The translations under genes were made by a program, and so were the position numbers. A stretch of 15,011 bases of DNA, from NCBI GenBank assembly GCA_044356455.1, contig JBIKWF010000108.1, forward strand, positions 1-15,011. Reading direction: 5' to 3'. Shown in pieces: positions 14,018 through 15,011 of the stretch. Every line of letters starts with the position of its first letter. The first letter of the stretch is position 1. Source of the DNA: Bdellovibrionota bacterium (GTDB taxonomy: Bacteria > Bdellovibrionota_C > UBA2361 > JBGSMV01). The notes beneath the pieces are model-generated. The model did not search any database. It was not told the DNA's origin and saw only the letters and a program-made list of their open reading frames with translations.

Positions 14018-15010
14018 TCAGCCGCGCGTCCGCGCGTCGGCTGCATTCGATTGCTCAGCGCCAAGTCTAACAAATTTGCCTTCCCGAATTACCCGCGTCT
14101 CAATCGCACCAGTACGAACCCCGCTGCTGTCAAAGGCCGGATTATTGATCAGAGTGGTGCGCGCGCATTCTATGTCATTGCCACACTTTCGAACTACATC
14201 AAAAAGATAAGTAGCCGCTTGCCGCGGGAAAAAACCAACCGCATCGAGCGCACCGATGGCCGGGTATGAGTAGTAAATTCCGTTGGCATACTTACCTTCA
14301 ACCTCCAGCACATCTTTAAGTTGTGCCGAATAAATCGAAACGGTCGGGATATTAACAAGTCTTACCTTTGCCATCTCGCGGCGAAAGCCTAAAAGGAATG
14401 GGCTAACATCGGGCACATATAGCCCATCAACTTTTAAAGCTTGAAGCCGCGTTACCAAAGGCTTGATCGCTGAAGAATCAAACGACGAGAATGTCAAAGT
14501 TTCAGCAACTGTGCCAGGGAAAGCGGTCCGAAAAGCCTTCTCATGATTGCGGCAGAAGACATCGTCATAGAACAGAAGCGCGACTCGCTTCGCTCCTAGT
14601 TGGTGTAGAAAGTGCGCATTAAAGCGGGCCTCCTCTTCATTAGAATACTGCGGCGAAAAAATTCTATCTCCCGAGAGTCGATAAAGATTTTCGGCTCCGC
14701 TTCCCACGAGCATCGCTAACTTGCCCGACGATTTCACAAGGGGTGCGATCGCCTGCTGAGAGGATCCACAAACGGGCCCTAGAATGTAGGAAACGTGATC
14801 AATCTCTGTGAGTTTTTTATAAGCAGAGAGGGTCTTTGCAGGTAGACATGCATCATCTTCCACAACTAACTCAATGCTACCCGAGTTCGCTTGCTTGATC
14901 CCTTTGAGAACTGTATCCCCAAACGAAGCTAAGTCTCCCGACAGTGGCAAGATAGCGCCAACTCGAATTCGATTCTCCGCATTGGCCGAAGAAAATGTGA
15001 GGCCACCACA
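14018..15010 (-). CDS. ABC transporter substrate-binding protein, LivJ/branched-chain amino acid (PBP1) family; 5' end outside the window
   Basis: The frame is open to the window edge: ...SSANAENRIRVGAILPLSGDLASFG...IELVVEDDACLPAKTLSAYKKLTEIDHVSYILGPVCGS, a typical LivJ/Peripla_BP_6 N-terminus. Confidence 0.9.
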   Translation of the reverse strand, partial: CGGLTFSSANAENRIRVGAILPLSGDLASFGDTVLKGIKQANSGSIELVVEDDACLPAKTLSAYKKLTEIDHVSYILGPVCGSSQQAIAPLVKSSGKLAMLVGSGAENLYRLSGDRIFSPQYSNEEEARFNAHFLHQLGAKRVALLFYDDVFCRNHEKAFRTAFPGTVAETLTFSSFDSSAIKPLVTRLQALKVDGLYVPDVSPFLLGFRREMAKVRLVNIPTVSIYSAQLKDVLEVEGKYANGIYYSYPAIGALDAVGFFPRQAATYLFDVVRKCGNDIECARTTLINNPAFDSSGVRTGAIETRVIREGKFVRLGAEQSNAADARTRG

Positions 15011-15011
15011 G

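Overview
Bacterial DNA, apparently a core-to-accessory transition. From the left: a tandem array of GTAG-type REP-like hairpins (1-379, probably cut by the window edge), a short-form methionyl-tRNA synthetase (metG), and a 128-bp IS5-like MITE. Next is a compact, strongly divergent type III/flagellar export-gate cluster on the minus strand: SctR/FliP, SctS/FliQ, an SctT/FliR-like protein, an SctU/FlhB lacking its whole cytoplasmic NPTH domain, an 85-aa orphan and an SycD/LcrH-like TPR chaperone. Related palindromic elements bracket this cluster. The middle holds two large convergent orphan genes, one a 1046-aa protein with an embedded GxxExxY-like PD-(D/E)xK nuclease domain, followed by a candidate rod-shaped ncRNA. 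The right part has small hypothetical genes (one DUF7004-like), a decayed group IIC intron 3' remnant, several hairpins, a frameshifted GNAT acetyltransferase and a LivJ-like substrate-binding protein that runs off the window. The best candidate for an undescribed system is the degenerate export-gate module, which has lost its M-gasket, its Q residues and the SctU switch domain, possibly together with the neighbouring nuclease-domain giant. All family calls come from motif recognition by eye. No searches were run.
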